From NCBI GenBank assembly GCA_004764695.1, contig SMSO01000033.1:2356001-2420000 (forward strand): a stretch of 64,000 bases of DNA. Direction: 5' to 3'. Position numbers and translations under genes: made by a program. This stretch comes from Schizochytrium sp. TIO01 (Eukaryota; Protista; Bigyra: Labyrinthulomycetes). Of this stretch, positions 51,084 to 62,790 are shown piece by piece; position 1 is the first letter of the stretch, and the number at the start of each line of letters is the position of its first letter. A model generated the notes under the pieces. It made no database searches. It saw nothing but the letters and a program-made list of their open reading frames with translations, and was not told the DNA's origin.

Positions 51084-54000
51084 TTACAACCCACAGAATT
51101 TCAGAAAGTGCACACCACCACCATCATCACCAACAATGAGAACGTCACCCGAACGAAGGCACTGACTGACATTTTCATCAGGTGAAAACCCAGCTAAATT
51201 ATCAAATCCTACATGAGCTTCATTAAAGGGGAATAGAGAAGCACTGGAGTCAACAAACTCTCGATTTGATAACGACTTTTGGTTTTCGAGATCCCAGGTT
51301 ACAACTCGTCCTGAAATATCCCTTGCTGAGATAACCTTCAAGTCAAATAATATTCTAGCAAAGGCTTTGGGCTCGGAATATGGGTTGCGTAGCACATGAA
51401 GCATACTTCCAGACAAAAGATCCCACACACGTAGAGTTTGGTCAGCAGAGCCAGAAGCAACAATATCATTTTGCACAGTTACGCAAGTGACAGCTGTAGT
51501 GTGACCAAGCAAAGCATTCAGCTCATCGCCAGATTCGACATCCCACACTCTCACGGTCAAGTCGTTGGACCCCGACACAGCATAGGTGGTATTTTGCAGC
51601 GCCACACTATTAACACCATCTGTATGCCCTTCGAGTATCTTAAGCAATTCTCCAGACACTGAGTCCCAGAGGCGAATTGTCTTGTCAAGGGACGCGGAGG
51701 CAATCAGGCCATCTTGGATTGTGACACTTGCAACATTGTCTGTGTGGCCCTCAAGGATGTGCAATTGCTCGCCATTGTCAATATCCCAGACACGAACAGT
51801 CCTGTCCCACGAGCCTCCTGATACTACTAAATTGTTTTCAATGGCAATATCAAGGATCCAGCCTTCATGACCCTGCATTTCATACAATTGTTTGCCAGTA
51901 TTCAAATTCCAGACATTGATGGACTCATCTCTAGAGCCGGTGACAACAATGTCATTGTCAACTGCAAGGCACGACACTGCGTACCTATGGCTTTCACGCG
52001 AATGAGCCTGCAAGTCGTTTGAAGCATCCCAAATTCGGACTGTGGCATCATCTGAACCAGAGACAATCCATCTACCATCTGAGCTTACAGAATTGATAGC
52101 AGAAGAGTGGCCCTTAAATTGGTGAAGTGCCTCCCCGGTGTTTATATCCCAAATGCGAATTGATTTATCCCAGCATCCAGAAATAAGTTGATCATTCTTC
52201 AAGGAAACGCCAGTTACACTTAATGGGTGCTCAAGGGAGTGAATAATTGCACCCGTCTCAAGATCACAAATGCATACGATTGCATCATCTGATCCCGACA
52301 CGAGCGTGTCACCGTCAATAGATACACTATTTACTGAATCAGAATGGCCTTTGAAAATATGCACCTTGGTTTCTGGCTTTTCAAGATTCCAAACATGCAC
52401 CATAGAATCATAGCAGCCGCACGCAACCGTCTTCTCGTATAATGCTACTGAGAGCACAGGCGACCCAATATCGTTGAATACGGAAAGAGAGCTATTAGTA
52501 TCATCACAAGCCCAAAGCCTCAGAGTCATGTCCTTGGACCCAGAAAGAATATATTCCCCTTGAATCGCAACACTTGTGACTGCATCTGTATGCCCAGAGA
52601 ATATGGATTTCAGTTGGCCAGTGCGAACATTCCACAGGCGCACCGTACAGTCACTATCCTCGCGCATGTCTTGCTTATAGAGGGGGCCGGAACCAGAAAC
52701 TGCGTAGTATCCTGCAAGGGCAACACATAAAATAGGATCATTATGGCCAGTCAAAGCAAATATCTGCTGACCGGTAACTGCATCCCAGATGCAAAGTGTC
52801 GTATCCTCAGACCCTGACGCTACGAGTTGACCGTCGACTGCCACACTTGTGACTTGCTCTTCGTGACCCTCTAAAACTCGTAAAAGAGGGCTTTGCGGAT
52901 CAGGTAACGACAGTTTGAATGGGTCAAGAGACGGTTGATTGGGCTTGATTAGAGTGTTCCGCAATGGTCGATTCTCGTTTTCATCGATACGCGAGAGAAC
53001 TTGGGAAGATAACTCCTCAGGATACTTACTAAACTCAGAGATCTTTTTACTCATCAATCTTGCCCCGTCACTCTCGTAAAGAATCGAAAGCTCGTTGAAG
53101 TCGCGAATCAACACTGCCATGAAGGCCTTGCGTTCTTCTGGTGTATCGCCTCCAACTCTAATAGCTCGCTGTATCCAGGGAAAGTAGTCAAGAGCCTGTA
53201 TGGCCTCGGACCTCCGGTTGGCCTGAACGAGATGATATATCAGATGTTGATAAGCAAAGGTGGTATCATTAGCTTGGCAGTAATTTGCCAATGCCTCATG
53301 TCCCTCGATTGGTTCAACTGAGAGGTCGTAACTCACTTCATAGTCAGTGAGCCAATCTGCCATGCGCTTGTGCACCAGTCCAATGCTGCCATTACCAGTT
53401 TGGGTGAGGAGATTTCGCGCTTTACCAATCAAAAGATGCATTTCTCTTTGTGAATGAATACCAAGAAGCTCTTGAATAACTTCCACACGAAGAGGTTCAC
53501 GTGCAGCTACGATTGGCGCAAGAAGCTTACTATAGTTATTGTCCGTCGCCAAGGTCTTTCGAAGGCGTTTAAAATATTTTTTGAACATACCACTCAGGCC
53601 AACTGGAAACCTGTCTTCGGCAAGGATGTCGGTGACCGTCAGAGGATTCTGCAGATCTCGATGGATCTCATTCAAGGTGTCTGGTAGAAACGATGCCCAC
53701 AAAAATAGACCTTCTGAGCGTTCTGTGAGGATATCAGCACTTTCGTTTATCGCAGAGGTTTCAATGAGTTCACTTTCGGCCATACCAGTTAACATATGCT
53801 GGAAGTGAGCGCGAATGTCGTGGATATTTCTCTCGTCTTCTAATGACAGCTTCGAAGGGCGAAAGTCGCGAACAAAAGACGGGATGGCGTTCTCGGGACG
53901 ACTGCTTACAGCTAAACATAACCATGGTGGTAACTCTTGAGCCCATCGCTGCACGATGATCTCGTCAAGAAGACGCTCCGCCTCGGAACATTCGTCAAGG

Positions 54001-55613
54001 GCATCTAGTACGACAACGTGACGCTGGCTAGATTGCACACCTTGAGAAGGCTTTACAAGCAATATTTTAAAGAGGTTTGTCAGAGGCTCATCTATAAGGC
54101 TGAGGTTTGGAGGCACTTGAAGCGCTTGCGCAAACTCTGGAAACAAAAGACAGAGTTGCCAGCATACATTGATTAAAGCTCCTGATGCTCTACTTTCTAT
54201 TGTATTATCATGCCGAAAGAAGTGACATGCAGCTACCGAAACAGGTGAGCGTCGATTGTTAGTTTTACGCCACAATTTGCGAACATTTGATAGGCGTTGT
54301 CGTGCCATATTTTCATCTTCTGGTGTCTCGCAAAGTCCCATCGCACCGCCGCGCCTGCAGATTTCTGCCATAACGACACTTTTGCCAACCCCTCCGTCAC
54401 CTTCTAGGAAAAAAATTCGATCTTTGTCACTGTACCAATCTGACAGTTTGTTAAAAATCCAGCTTCGCGTTCCCTGCGTAAATTTCTCGGCTTGGGTTTT
54501 TACAAAGAGGTTGTTGTCGGATGCGTACGGTGCTAAGATGGGTTCAAGGTCCCGAAGATGTGGTGTAAGACGACCAGCTGGCGCACGATGGGCCATGCGC
54601 ATACGTATATTTGAAGAAAGTACTTCTAAATTGGATTGGGTAATCTCAGTCAAATTCGTAGGCACTAAGTTTGATAACGCAAGTTTGAAGTCGGATGTCC
54701 AAAATGTTTCCTTATTGAGCATATCAGGCTCCAGAGCAGCAACAACCGTGCGGTCAAAACGAATGTTGGTTCCATGCAAAAACTCTTTGAGACAATGATC
54801 GTACCGGTCACGACTGTTGACCTTTTCCATGTATTTCTTTGTGGCTAGGATTAGAAAAATCTTAGACCCTTCAATGCCATTAGTCATTGCTGAATCAACG
54901 GAACCATTCATATATTTATCATCAATCCAAACCTTTAAACCATAATCTCTCTCTAAGGCCTGCCCAATTTCTACAGCTTTTTTATGTGTGGACTGGTTTT
55001 CACCCCATTCATGTGAGAGAAAGACATCCCAATCTTTGTTTGGATATTGCCCTTTTGTTTTCCCTTCTATGTTTCGTTGGAGCAGAGCTTCTTTCAGACT
55101 GTCGCTGGAGAAGTCGATATAGAGTTCGTTGGAAAGGTACCAGCTGATTTCTCTTTGCCAAGACTTCTGCAGAAGCATTTCTTCCTCAATAACCACAGGT
55201 AAGAGTGCGTTTGATTTTTCTTCACACAGAACAAGGAAACCAGAATGATTGCTCGCATGTGCTTGCATCATCCGGCTCACAAGCACTATAATAACATCAA
55301 ATCTTTCAGCAACTTGCTCATCGATGGTAGGCGCTGTGGCACTATTGTTTACGTGGAAAATAGGATACATGACGAACTTATCAAGAATCTCTGTAATCTG
55401 ATCCGCTTTTTCAGAGTCACTTTCGTCATAAACCAACGCAACATGGACATACAGTTGTTTCGCCTCCTCAAGATCTTCTTCTAGAATCTCTTCATTCTCC
55501 ATTGTCGCTTCGCCAAGTATTTCTTGGACCTGTGAAGCTTCCTCGTGGGAAGAGTCTTGGTCAAGTGGCGGTCTTTTCGCCTTTCGAGCTACCCACGCAA
55601 AGAATCTGCTCAT
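51084..55613 (-). CDS. NLR-like STAND protein: (degenerate TIR)-TIR-NACHT-WD40 (HET-E/NWD-like)
   Basis: TIR WDVFLSHEWG...KVWIDD...GIEGSKIFLILATKKY...CLKEF. Walker A FLEGDGGVGKS, CHFFRHD, Walker B VVVLDALDEC, VSSRPE, SEGLFLWA, VHKRMADWL. Many GH...VSGS.D.TVR.WD repeats. Confidence 0.92.
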   Translation of the reverse strand: MSRFFAWVARKAKRPPLDQDSSHEEASQVQEILGEATMENEEILEEDLEEAKQLYVHVALVYDESDSEKADQITEILDKFVMYPIFHVNNSATAPTIDEQVAERFDVIIVLVSRMMQAHASNHSGFLVLCEEKSNALLPVVIEEEMLLQKSWQREISWYLSNELYIDFSSDSLKEALLQRNIEGKTKGQYPNKDWDVFLSHEWGENQSTHKKAVEIGQALERDYGLKVWIDDKYMNGSVDSAMTNGIEGSKIFLILATKKYMEKVNSRDRYDHCLKEFLHGTNIRFDRTVVAALEPDMLNKETFWTSDFKLALSNLVPTNLTEITQSNLEVLSSNIRMRMAHRAPAGRLTPHLRDLEPILAPYASDNNLFVKTQAEKFTQGTRSWIFNKLSDWYSDKDRIFFLEGDGGVGKSVVMAEICRRGGAMGLCETPEDENMARQRLSNVRKLWRKTNNRRSPVSVAACHFFRHDNTIESRASGALINVCWQLCLLFPEFAQALQVPPNLSLIDEPLTNLFKILLVKPSQGVQSSQRHVVVLDALDECSEAERLLDEIIVQRWAQELPPWLCLAVSSRPENAIPSFVRDFRPSKLSLEDERNIHDIRAHFQHMLTGMAESELIETSAINESADILTERSEGLFLWASFLPDTLNEIHRDLQNPLTVTDILAEDRFPVGLSGMFKKYFKRLRKTLATDNNYSKLLAPIVAAREPLRVEVIQELLGIHSQREMHLLIGKARNLLTQTGNGSIGLVHKRMADWLTDYEVSYDLSVEPIEGHEALANYCQANDTTFAYQHLIYHLVQANRRSEAIQALDYFPWIQRAIRVGGDTPEERKAFMAVLIRDFNELSILYESDGARLMSKKISEFSKYPEELSSQVLSRIDENENRPLRNTLIKPNQPSLDPFKLSLPDPQSPLLRVLEGHEEQVTSVAVDGQLVASGSEDTTLCIWDAVTGQQIFALTGHNDPILCVALAGYYAVSGSGPLYKQDMREDSDCTVRLWNVRTGQLKSIFSGHTDAVTSVAIQGEYILSGSKDMTLRLWACDDTNSSLSVFNDIGSPVLSVALYEKTVACGCYDSMVHVWNLEKPETKVHIFKGHSDSVNSVSIDGDTLVSGSDDAIVCICDLETGAIIHSLEHPLSVTGVSLKNDQLISGCWDKSIRIWDINTGEALHQFKGHSSAINSVSSDGRWIVSGSDDATVRIWDASNDLQAHSRESHRYAVSCLAVDNDIVVTGSRDESINVWNLNTGKQLYEMQGHEGWILDIAIENNLVVSGGSWDRTVRVWDIDNGEQLHILEGHTDNVASVTIQDGLIASASLDKTIRLWDSVSGELLKILEGHTDGVNSVALQNTTYAVSGSNDLTVRVWDVESGDELNALLGHTTAVTCVTVQNDIVASGSADQTLRVWDLLSGSMLHVLRNPYSEPKAFARILFDLKVISARDISGRVVTWDLENQKSLSNREFVDSSASLFPFNEAHVGFDNLAGFSPDENVSQCLRSGDVLIVGDDGGGVHFLKFCGL

Positions 55614-56776
55614 ATGTCTGTAAACAGCACGTTCTACCCACTCAGGAGGCTCTTATACCTCAATTCGTTCCTGGGCTGCACAAAGCTCGCGTGGTTTCAA
55701 GATCCTCGTCAGTTTGAGAATTGCCACAATCATCATCCTTCAAATGAGCAAAGGGGTACCCAATCGCCCTGTTCTTGTACCAATGAAGGTACGCCTGCTA
55801 TAGTTATTATACTAATCATCACCTACTCCTGGTAGGATGTTCACACTCTCGCAATCCTTCCAGTGGAGAACAACTCTGGAGAACTGCTTATACTACCCAC
55901 TTCTTAGAACCAAAGGAATATCACACCGAATGCTCTCGAGCTGGAAAACTTGACACCATATTATTAGCGGAAGAGGACACAAAAAGTTAAATTTTTAACT
56001 TTGGAGGGACAAAGCAGTAGGTAGTGTGCAGTGCACACCTCTGACAAATGATTTGGTACCGCACTCTGTAAAAAAATGCATATGGAGACAACGAATGGGA
56101 ATAGGCACCTAACATCCTTTTACTATTTCGACCTATTTTCTACATTTGCTTGAGGGTTTCCTACCATAGGGAAAGGGTTACGCAGAACCCGAGCTGACTA
56201 TTGGTGCTGCAGGTTTCTGAAGTAAAGACTGAACACATCGATTTATTTATAGTCATACTCTTCTTGGATATGCGCTTCGTGAAGAATACGCCTTAACAGA
56301 GGCGCCGTTCTTTTACCATCTAGATGGCTGTTTGACCAGCTGCACCAATAAGGTAACCAAATGAGCCGAAACCTGCAATTTGGAGATCCACTCTCGTCAG
56401 ATAGGGGCTCTTACTTTTCAGCCTATTTGCTTTTTGATAGCTCATGTTTACCAACCTTCAGGATTTGATAAAGGGCGCAAATTATAATAGTTTAATCATT
56501 CCATATGAAGAGCTGCCAACACATCCCGTTTAATCAAAGCATATTATAAATCGAGGTATTTTAATTCTTTAAACAAACAAAACAGACGAAGTGCATACTG
56601 AAAGTAGCCACTGTAAGAGCATTGAGAGGCAAGACGGTTCGTGCAAAGTGTCTTTTGCAGAGTGAGATGTGCTTCTGGCTTTGTCTTGACTCGCTTTCTG
56701 AGAAGTAGAAAATCCAAACCAAAGATAAACAGAAAAGACAAAAAATAATAACAGAATTTCAACAAAATTGAAGGTT

Positions 56777-58687
56777 TTACCAGTGAAGGTCACTTGCCGG
56801 AGCTGCGGGAGAAGCAGCGGGTGCAGGTGCAGAGAAATCTTCGTCATTATTGTTTTGGTTTGCTGCAAGCTGATCTTGGAGTGCTTCAATGACCGCCCAG
56901 AGCTTGTTGACCTCTTCCTTAAGATCTTCAACCTGGCCACGGAGTTGCGCTTCGACAGCTGTTCCTGAGCCGCGGTTACGGTTAAGAAGCTGCTTAGTAA
57001 TTCCACAGCGCTTGAGGATTTCATGAATCATTGCTTCACGCTGAAAGGCACGGCGCGCCATAGGAATAGCCTCAACAGACATTAGCCAATCCTTGAACTC
57101 GGGGAACTTTGCGGTGCAGCGAGCAACCAAGTCGGTGTACTGACCACCACCATGACGGTTGTCTGACTCGAAAATAATGATGACCTTTTTGTTGTTACGC
57201 ATGGCATATGTGGATTCCATGCGGCAAAAGAATCGATCAAGGTACCCTTCAGTAAGGTAGAGCACAAAGTATTCCGAATCACGAATACCGCGAAGCATGT
57301 CAACTGGTTCAAGCTTTTCAGCATCCATATCGTACCAACAAGGCACATCTTCTTTCCGAAGTAAGAGGTGAAGGGATTGCACCTGATTCTGTGCCTGATT
57401 TTGCGCATGCGAGAGAAAAAGAGTCCAAGATGAAGGACGGAGGTTTTTGACTGGAATAAACTGGCCAGCCTGAGTTGAGTCATCAAGAGCGTCGCGCACC
57501 ACTACTACGTCGTCCGATTCATCAGGAGTGGTCAACACTACATACTTGTCAGGTTTGCGCGAACGAGTCTCAACAAGCTGACCCATGTAAAACAGATCAG
57601 GTGTATCATTGGCCATTTTCTCCTCGGTGTGCTCAAGGAAGATCTTAAGCTCCTCATTTTCCTTTTCAAGTCGCTTCCGCTCTGCAACAGTGATGTAGCC
57701 AAAGCGAGTGATAATCTTGTTCAGGCGAGCAGCTGCAACCTCATCAATGTTAAGACGACGACGCTGATCAGAATCATCAATGATTTCCGCCCACTGAGCA
57801 ACACGAGTGAGGTTGTTGCGCTCGAACATAGGAACGAGGCTGCTCATGCCGTTTTGACTAAGCATGGCAGCCCAGGTTGCGCGGTTCGTAGTCAATGCAA
57901 GACGCAGGGTCCAGAGAGGAGCAATTCTTCTCTTCTCTTCGTCGTCATCTTCAGCAATATTGAAGAACAGAAATATTTCAAGCTCAGCATCTTGTGGAAC
58001 ACGGTAAAGCGTAAGTTGTCCGTCTTCTTCCGCCAAGCAGCAGTTACCCAATTCACCAAGATAGCGGAGCTCGGCCCAGTGAGGTTCATCATCCCCAAGG
58101 CCGTCCTCTACCCCTGGGGAATCTTCATCAAAATCTCCAATGTCCTCACCAGCTTGGGACATTCGCAAGTATTCCATAAGTCCCTCAATAGGATGGATGC
58201 CAGGTTGACCAAATTTGGTCTCATACTGATCCCATACTGCCTCTTTTGTACTGGTGAATTGTTGCATTTGCCTCATTTTAAGTTGGGAGGCTTTAGTCAT
58301 TTCCTGCGGCGTCAGCTTTCCAATTTGAGAAAGTTGATGCTGCTGCTGCGCCCGATTTTCAGCGAGAGCATCTAAAAGCTTCTTGCGCTCGTCCTTTAGA
58401 CCAACAGCAACAAGTATGGGTTTGCCAATAAATTCTTCAGGGAGGGCATAGCCGAGGATGAGAATGTTATCTCGCTGCTCTTTAACCCAAAGTTGCGGCT
58501 TCACCTCTTTTTTGGGTACAGACGACTTCTTCAGGCTCAGTCGTGGAAGCGAGTGGCGTTTTTTTTCGGCAGCATCCTCTTCAGCAATTTGGTTCTCCTC
58601 GCCGAGGTCCTCTCCATCATCATTTGTCAGAGGTGGCTCAGCTGTCGTAGCTGACTCCTTGTGCCTAAGGCTACGGAAGATCTTCAT
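56777..58687 (-). CDS. SAM-like + TIR + C-terminal coiled-coil protein
   Basis: SAM-like WAAMLSQNGMSSLVPMFERNNL...IIDDSDQRRRLNI...RLNKII. TIR LFLSHAQ...CWYDMD...MLRGIRDSEYFVLYLTEGYLDRFFCRME..YA...KKVIIIFE. Coiled coil AQLRGQVEDLKEEVNKL. Confidence 0.82.
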   Translation of the reverse strand: MKIFRSLRHKESATTAEPPLTNDDGEDLGEENQIAEEDAAEKKRHSLPRLSLKKSSVPKKEVKPQLWVKEQRDNILILGYALPEEFIGKPILVAVGLKDERKKLLDALAENRAQQQHQLSQIGKLTPQEMTKASQLKMRQMQQFTSTKEAVWDQYETKFGQPGIHPIEGLMEYLRMSQAGEDIGDFDEDSPGVEDGLGDDEPHWAELRYLGELGNCCLAEEDGQLTLYRVPQDAELEIFLFFNIAEDDDEEKRRIAPLWTLRLALTTNRATWAAMLSQNGMSSLVPMFERNNLTRVAQWAEIIDDSDQRRRLNIDEVAAARLNKIITRFGYITVAERKRLEKENEELKIFLEHTEEKMANDTPDLFYMGQLVETRSRKPDKYVVLTTPDESDDVVVVRDALDDSTQAGQFIPVKNLRPSSWTLFLSHAQNQAQNQVQSLHLLLRKEDVPCWYDMDAEKLEPVDMLRGIRDSEYFVLYLTEGYLDRFFCRMESTYAMRNNKKVIIIFESDNRHGGGQYTDLVARCTAKFPEFKDWLMSVEAIPMARRAFQREAMIHEILKRCGITKQLLNRNRGSGTAVEAQLRGQVEDLKEEVNKLWAVIEALQDQLAANQNNNDEDFSAPAPAASPAAPASDLHW

Positions 58688-61600
58688 TGCGTCTTCTTGT
58701 ACAGCTTGCGTTTAGCGTTTGGTTTTTATAAACGAAGTGCCAACAAAGTGGGCCTTTCTTTAAGAAAGCTTCTTGCAAACGTTTCTCGTTTGCTAACGAA
58801 TTGATCTTTGAGAGTCCTTTCGGGCTTTGGTGGGTGGTGCCAAAGTCCAGCCGCATCGGCGCGTGCAGAGACTTTGCTAGAAGTACCTCAACTTATTTTT
58901 TCTTTTATTTATATATATATATTTTTATTTATTTATCACGATACTATCTACGCAGGTACTAAGTACATATGGAAAAAAATGCTTTCGAAAAGAAAAGAAA
59001 AAGTAGTACATTTTTTCAAAGTGAATAATACTATTAGCATCTATCCAAAACTGGTAGTATAATAATTCTTTTTGGCGCACTTTTCAGCTTAAAGAAAATG
59101 AACAAAAACAACAAAGCTTGCAGCTGCACTTGGTTATCATGATGGTGGTCTCATTTTCATGCAGTCTATCCCTGCTAAGAGTTAATACCATCTCTCCTCA
59201 CGCTGGTCTTAATACCTTCTTCCTTCCCTCGCAGGCCTCCATCTTTGGCTATTTTTCTGCTTCTCTTGAAGCAAAACTAGTGTTACTGGCACTCCTATAT
59301 TTATGTATATGATGTCCATCTCTAACATGTACCTACAGAAGAGAAAGCACAGTTACCTACCAACTATTGAGGTGAATACTCCAACATAGAACGATGCATG
59401 GCCTTAGTATTTTCTCCTCCTTTGAGCTCTACAAAAGCTTTTAAATGTCCACGCGTGCTAAAGCGGAGTGATGATTTGATGGTAGGTTTGCTTTCAAAGG
59501 TTGCATACTACAACTTGTGTATTCTTCAAAGATCTCTTTTCGTTACTTTAGGCGGCAAATGCATCATTGGTACTTAGCAAATTTTGTTTTCTATTTATGT
59601 TTTAATTTCTTTAAAAACAATTAAAACACATCAATGCCTATAAAATACTAATACCTACTAGGGTGTGAAGGTTGCAACAGAAGTTTGATTACGACCAGCT
59701 TTTAAAGAAAACTGCCCGAGCATGGCACCATGGCAGGTATTCACCAGAGAGGAGCCCCTTTCCTCTGCAATGTCACAATTCCAAATTCATGCGTCTCATT
59801 GTATTTTGGCACAATTCGTTTAAGTCGATGAGGCATTCTTCAAGAGATTGCCTAACTCTGAGACTTTTAATTTTTATGTTTTCCCTCGATGATAGCGGTC
59901 CTTTGTGCACTACCGCTCAAAGCTACGAGAAACCCTAGGATCACCCAATTCGCCCAGAGCAACATTTTAGTTTCTACAGCAAAAAGGAATCCACGGAAGT
60001 GACGATGACTCGATGGTGCATGGCCGCTCTGCCTCCATATAATGTCGTTCGCAGCCTCTGCGTGTCAGGGACAGCTCGCGAGGCAGCCTGAGCACGCAGT
60101 ATCGATTGCCTGCCTGTCAGTGGAGGCTTCAAGTCCTAGGTCTAGCTTTCCATTTCTCGGCATTACATCATTCATTTTGGCCGGGCCCAATTTGGCTGGA
60201 TGCACAAGGGATCTCGACCCTATGGTCTGCTTCAGAGAGCATCCTTCTTTCCAGCATTGACCCCAAAAGCGTAGCGCTCATCTTGGAAGCACAGAGATTC
60301 TGTTGCCATGACAATCGATCATCCATCAACAAAAGACGGCTCAGTCCATGGCTAGCTAGCTAGCTCCATCTTCGGTTGTTTATGCTCAAGTTGCGTGTCG
60401 AGAGGTGCCTTCTTTGCGGTTCTTCTTCGTAAGCTAAGGAAGCGACTGCGATCGGTGCGGACCTATTCAACGACACATTTCATTTCATGGCTGACGATTA
60501 TGCTTTGATAGTTGGACCTGATCTTCTTGCGGTCATTTGCACTTTCGAGGTGCACTTAGAGCATGGCGGCGAGCCAGCACCCTCTTTCGCAGCAGCTCGT
60601 CCTCGAAATGCTGTGGCAAGATTTGCACGTGCACATGGAGATGCGGCAGACGCTCTCTGCGCGGCGTTGTCGAGTTGAACTTGAAATTAAAGGCATGGGC
60701 CCATGGGGGCCAGGCTACAGAAGCAAATCAACGCGACAATTCGGTACCCGTGAAGTGCACACCTTTCATTAAAATATATCATATGAGGTGAAAATTAATT
60801 ACTTAAAAGAAAATAAAAAAAATCAACTTGCGTAAAGGATCATGAGTTTTTAATGACTCCGATTTTTGACTAATCAGGGTTGCGATCAATGCCTGATGAT
60901 CGGTGGCTTTATGGAAGGGTGGGTATGATCAAGGCCTTGAAACTGAGAACCCTCACAGTTTGCAGTTGACAGTAGATACTTTCGTATAATTCCAGCAGCC
61001 CAAGGGAAATTCCAACAAATTCTGAGCATGCTTTTTAAGGTTGAGGGTGATTTTTGGATCAATAACTCCGAAGACATGTTGAGTTCGAGGTCTTCAAGGA
61101 TGTTACATTTGTAGCTATGTTTGTGGTGCAGCATTTGAGCAGCAAGACCTGCCAGTTGGAGTGAAAACATCATAATATTTCATAAAAAGCAAATCCTAGG
61201 CTTACTACCATATGCAATCTGATAAAGATTGCGTAAGAGTCAACCTGAAGTATCAGGAGTTGAATTGAATTGCAACCCTCCACGGACTACTTCCACCTAT
61301 GAGTAGGTAGGTACCTACTTTCGATAAGTGATATGCTGTGACTAGAGTTCTTACCCAAGCTTTCAAATAAAAGGATATATATGTGTTGGTTTGAGCTGAA
61401 GTATTTTAAGGGGCTGCCTCTGACGAGAGAGAGGGTACCTACCAAATAATATAATAGTCCTGGTAGCTTCGCAGTACGACCAGCGTGAGCGGTACGCAAT
61501 GTGTATGAGCCAGCTTGAGATAAGATCATGGAAGAAAGTGAACTACACAAATATACAAAAACAAACGAATACCGTGTGCAGTCTTCAGGTGTAATTAGGC

Positions 61601-62274
61601 GAATCCGTTCCTTGCTCATGAAAGTTTAGATATTGTTTTATATTATAGAAACATATTGGTTGGGTCTTAAATGTCAAGCAAAGGGCGGCGTCTGGCACGC
61701 AAATCGTGTCGCAGCTACAAACCTGGGTTTCCGAAATAAGGTTTCCTCATACTGAGTATTTTGGCGACCTAGCTCAGGATCAAGACGCTACCTTGAATAT
61801 TGAAACTTTTCAAACAGCAGGGCTCCTTCCATAGTTCGAGGATCTTTAAGTTCTTTGATCTGCCAGAACTACGGACGATAACTGAACGACTTCCCTTTCA
61901 GAAAATGAGTGTGCCCCGCAACTTTTCATTGGTTGTAACAAAGCAATGACATCATTCAATGTCAGAGCCTAACATTTCTTGCTCTTCACAACTCCGACTA
62001 CTAGTGACGGATTAGCCTCCAAACGAATGTTTGCATGCAATTGCGTAGATACACCCAAATAAATATCTGGATCTCTGGTCGGCGAGGCCTCTACAATGTT
62101 AACACCAAGTTCGCCGAGAAATTAAAATCCCGATTTCACGCGCAGACCCTTGGACGCTCGTACATAGTAGTAGCGCCACTTGGACACCAAGGATCATCGT
62201 ATCGCGTTGTTCTGCGAAATATCAGTAAGTAAACTTCTGAGTTGGATTGGCAAAACGATTGATCCGTGCAGAAT

Positions 62275-62790
62275 TCACTTTCTGATTGTGAGCTTGAAGC
62301 CGAGCGGATTACTCCGTGTGGTCCGGGTTCCTCTGAGCCCACGGATTGTGACCTTTTGTGTCGAGCCCCTCATTGAAGATGATGATGAGACACCAAGTTT
62401 ACTCAGGTCGTCTAGCAAAGATGAGGTGCTCTGGGCTACAGGAATAATCACCTTTGCAGACCTTGCAGTTTCGGAGTGAACAGGTCTCAAGCTTCCTGCA
62501 ACACGTGCTTTCCGAGCAGACTGGCGGAATTTGCGAAAGTTAGCACTACGCTCTGCGCGCGTTTTTCTAGATCTCTCCCGTTTTCCATTCGATTGGGTTG
62601 TGGCCTTCTCTCCTGAAGAAGATGAAGATGAAGCGGGGTTCGTGACGGTTGTTGACATTGTCTTGTCGACGCTGGACTTTGCGTCTTCGTGGGTTTTGGC
62701 GGCAGTCAAGTTGGCTTGAGTATTCTGGTCTTGCTGCAATGGCCTCAAATGAGCTTGTTGGTCCTGCAGTGATGCCTCATCCACCTCCAT
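62275..62790 (-). CDS. Hypothetical low-complexity, basic protein
   Basis: 171-aa ORF with a real ATG in good context and coding-like composition; no recognisable domain. Confidence 0.45.
   Translation of the reverse strand: MEVDEASLQDQQAHLRPLQQDQNTQANLTAAKTHEDAKSSVDKTMSTTVTNPASSSSSSGEKATTQSNGKRERSRKTRAERSANFRKFRQSARKARVAGSLRPVHSETARSAKVIIPVAQSTSSLLDDLSKLGVSSSSSMRGSTQKVTIRGLRGTRTTRSNPLGFKLTIRK

Noticed and set aside
57629-58375. 248-aa antisense ORF over the SAM-TIR gene
   Set aside because: Shadow ORF with no recognisable features.
58700-62200. 3.5-kb stretch with short ORFs, possible transposon remnant
   Set aside because: No terminal repeats, transposase or RT motifs recognised.
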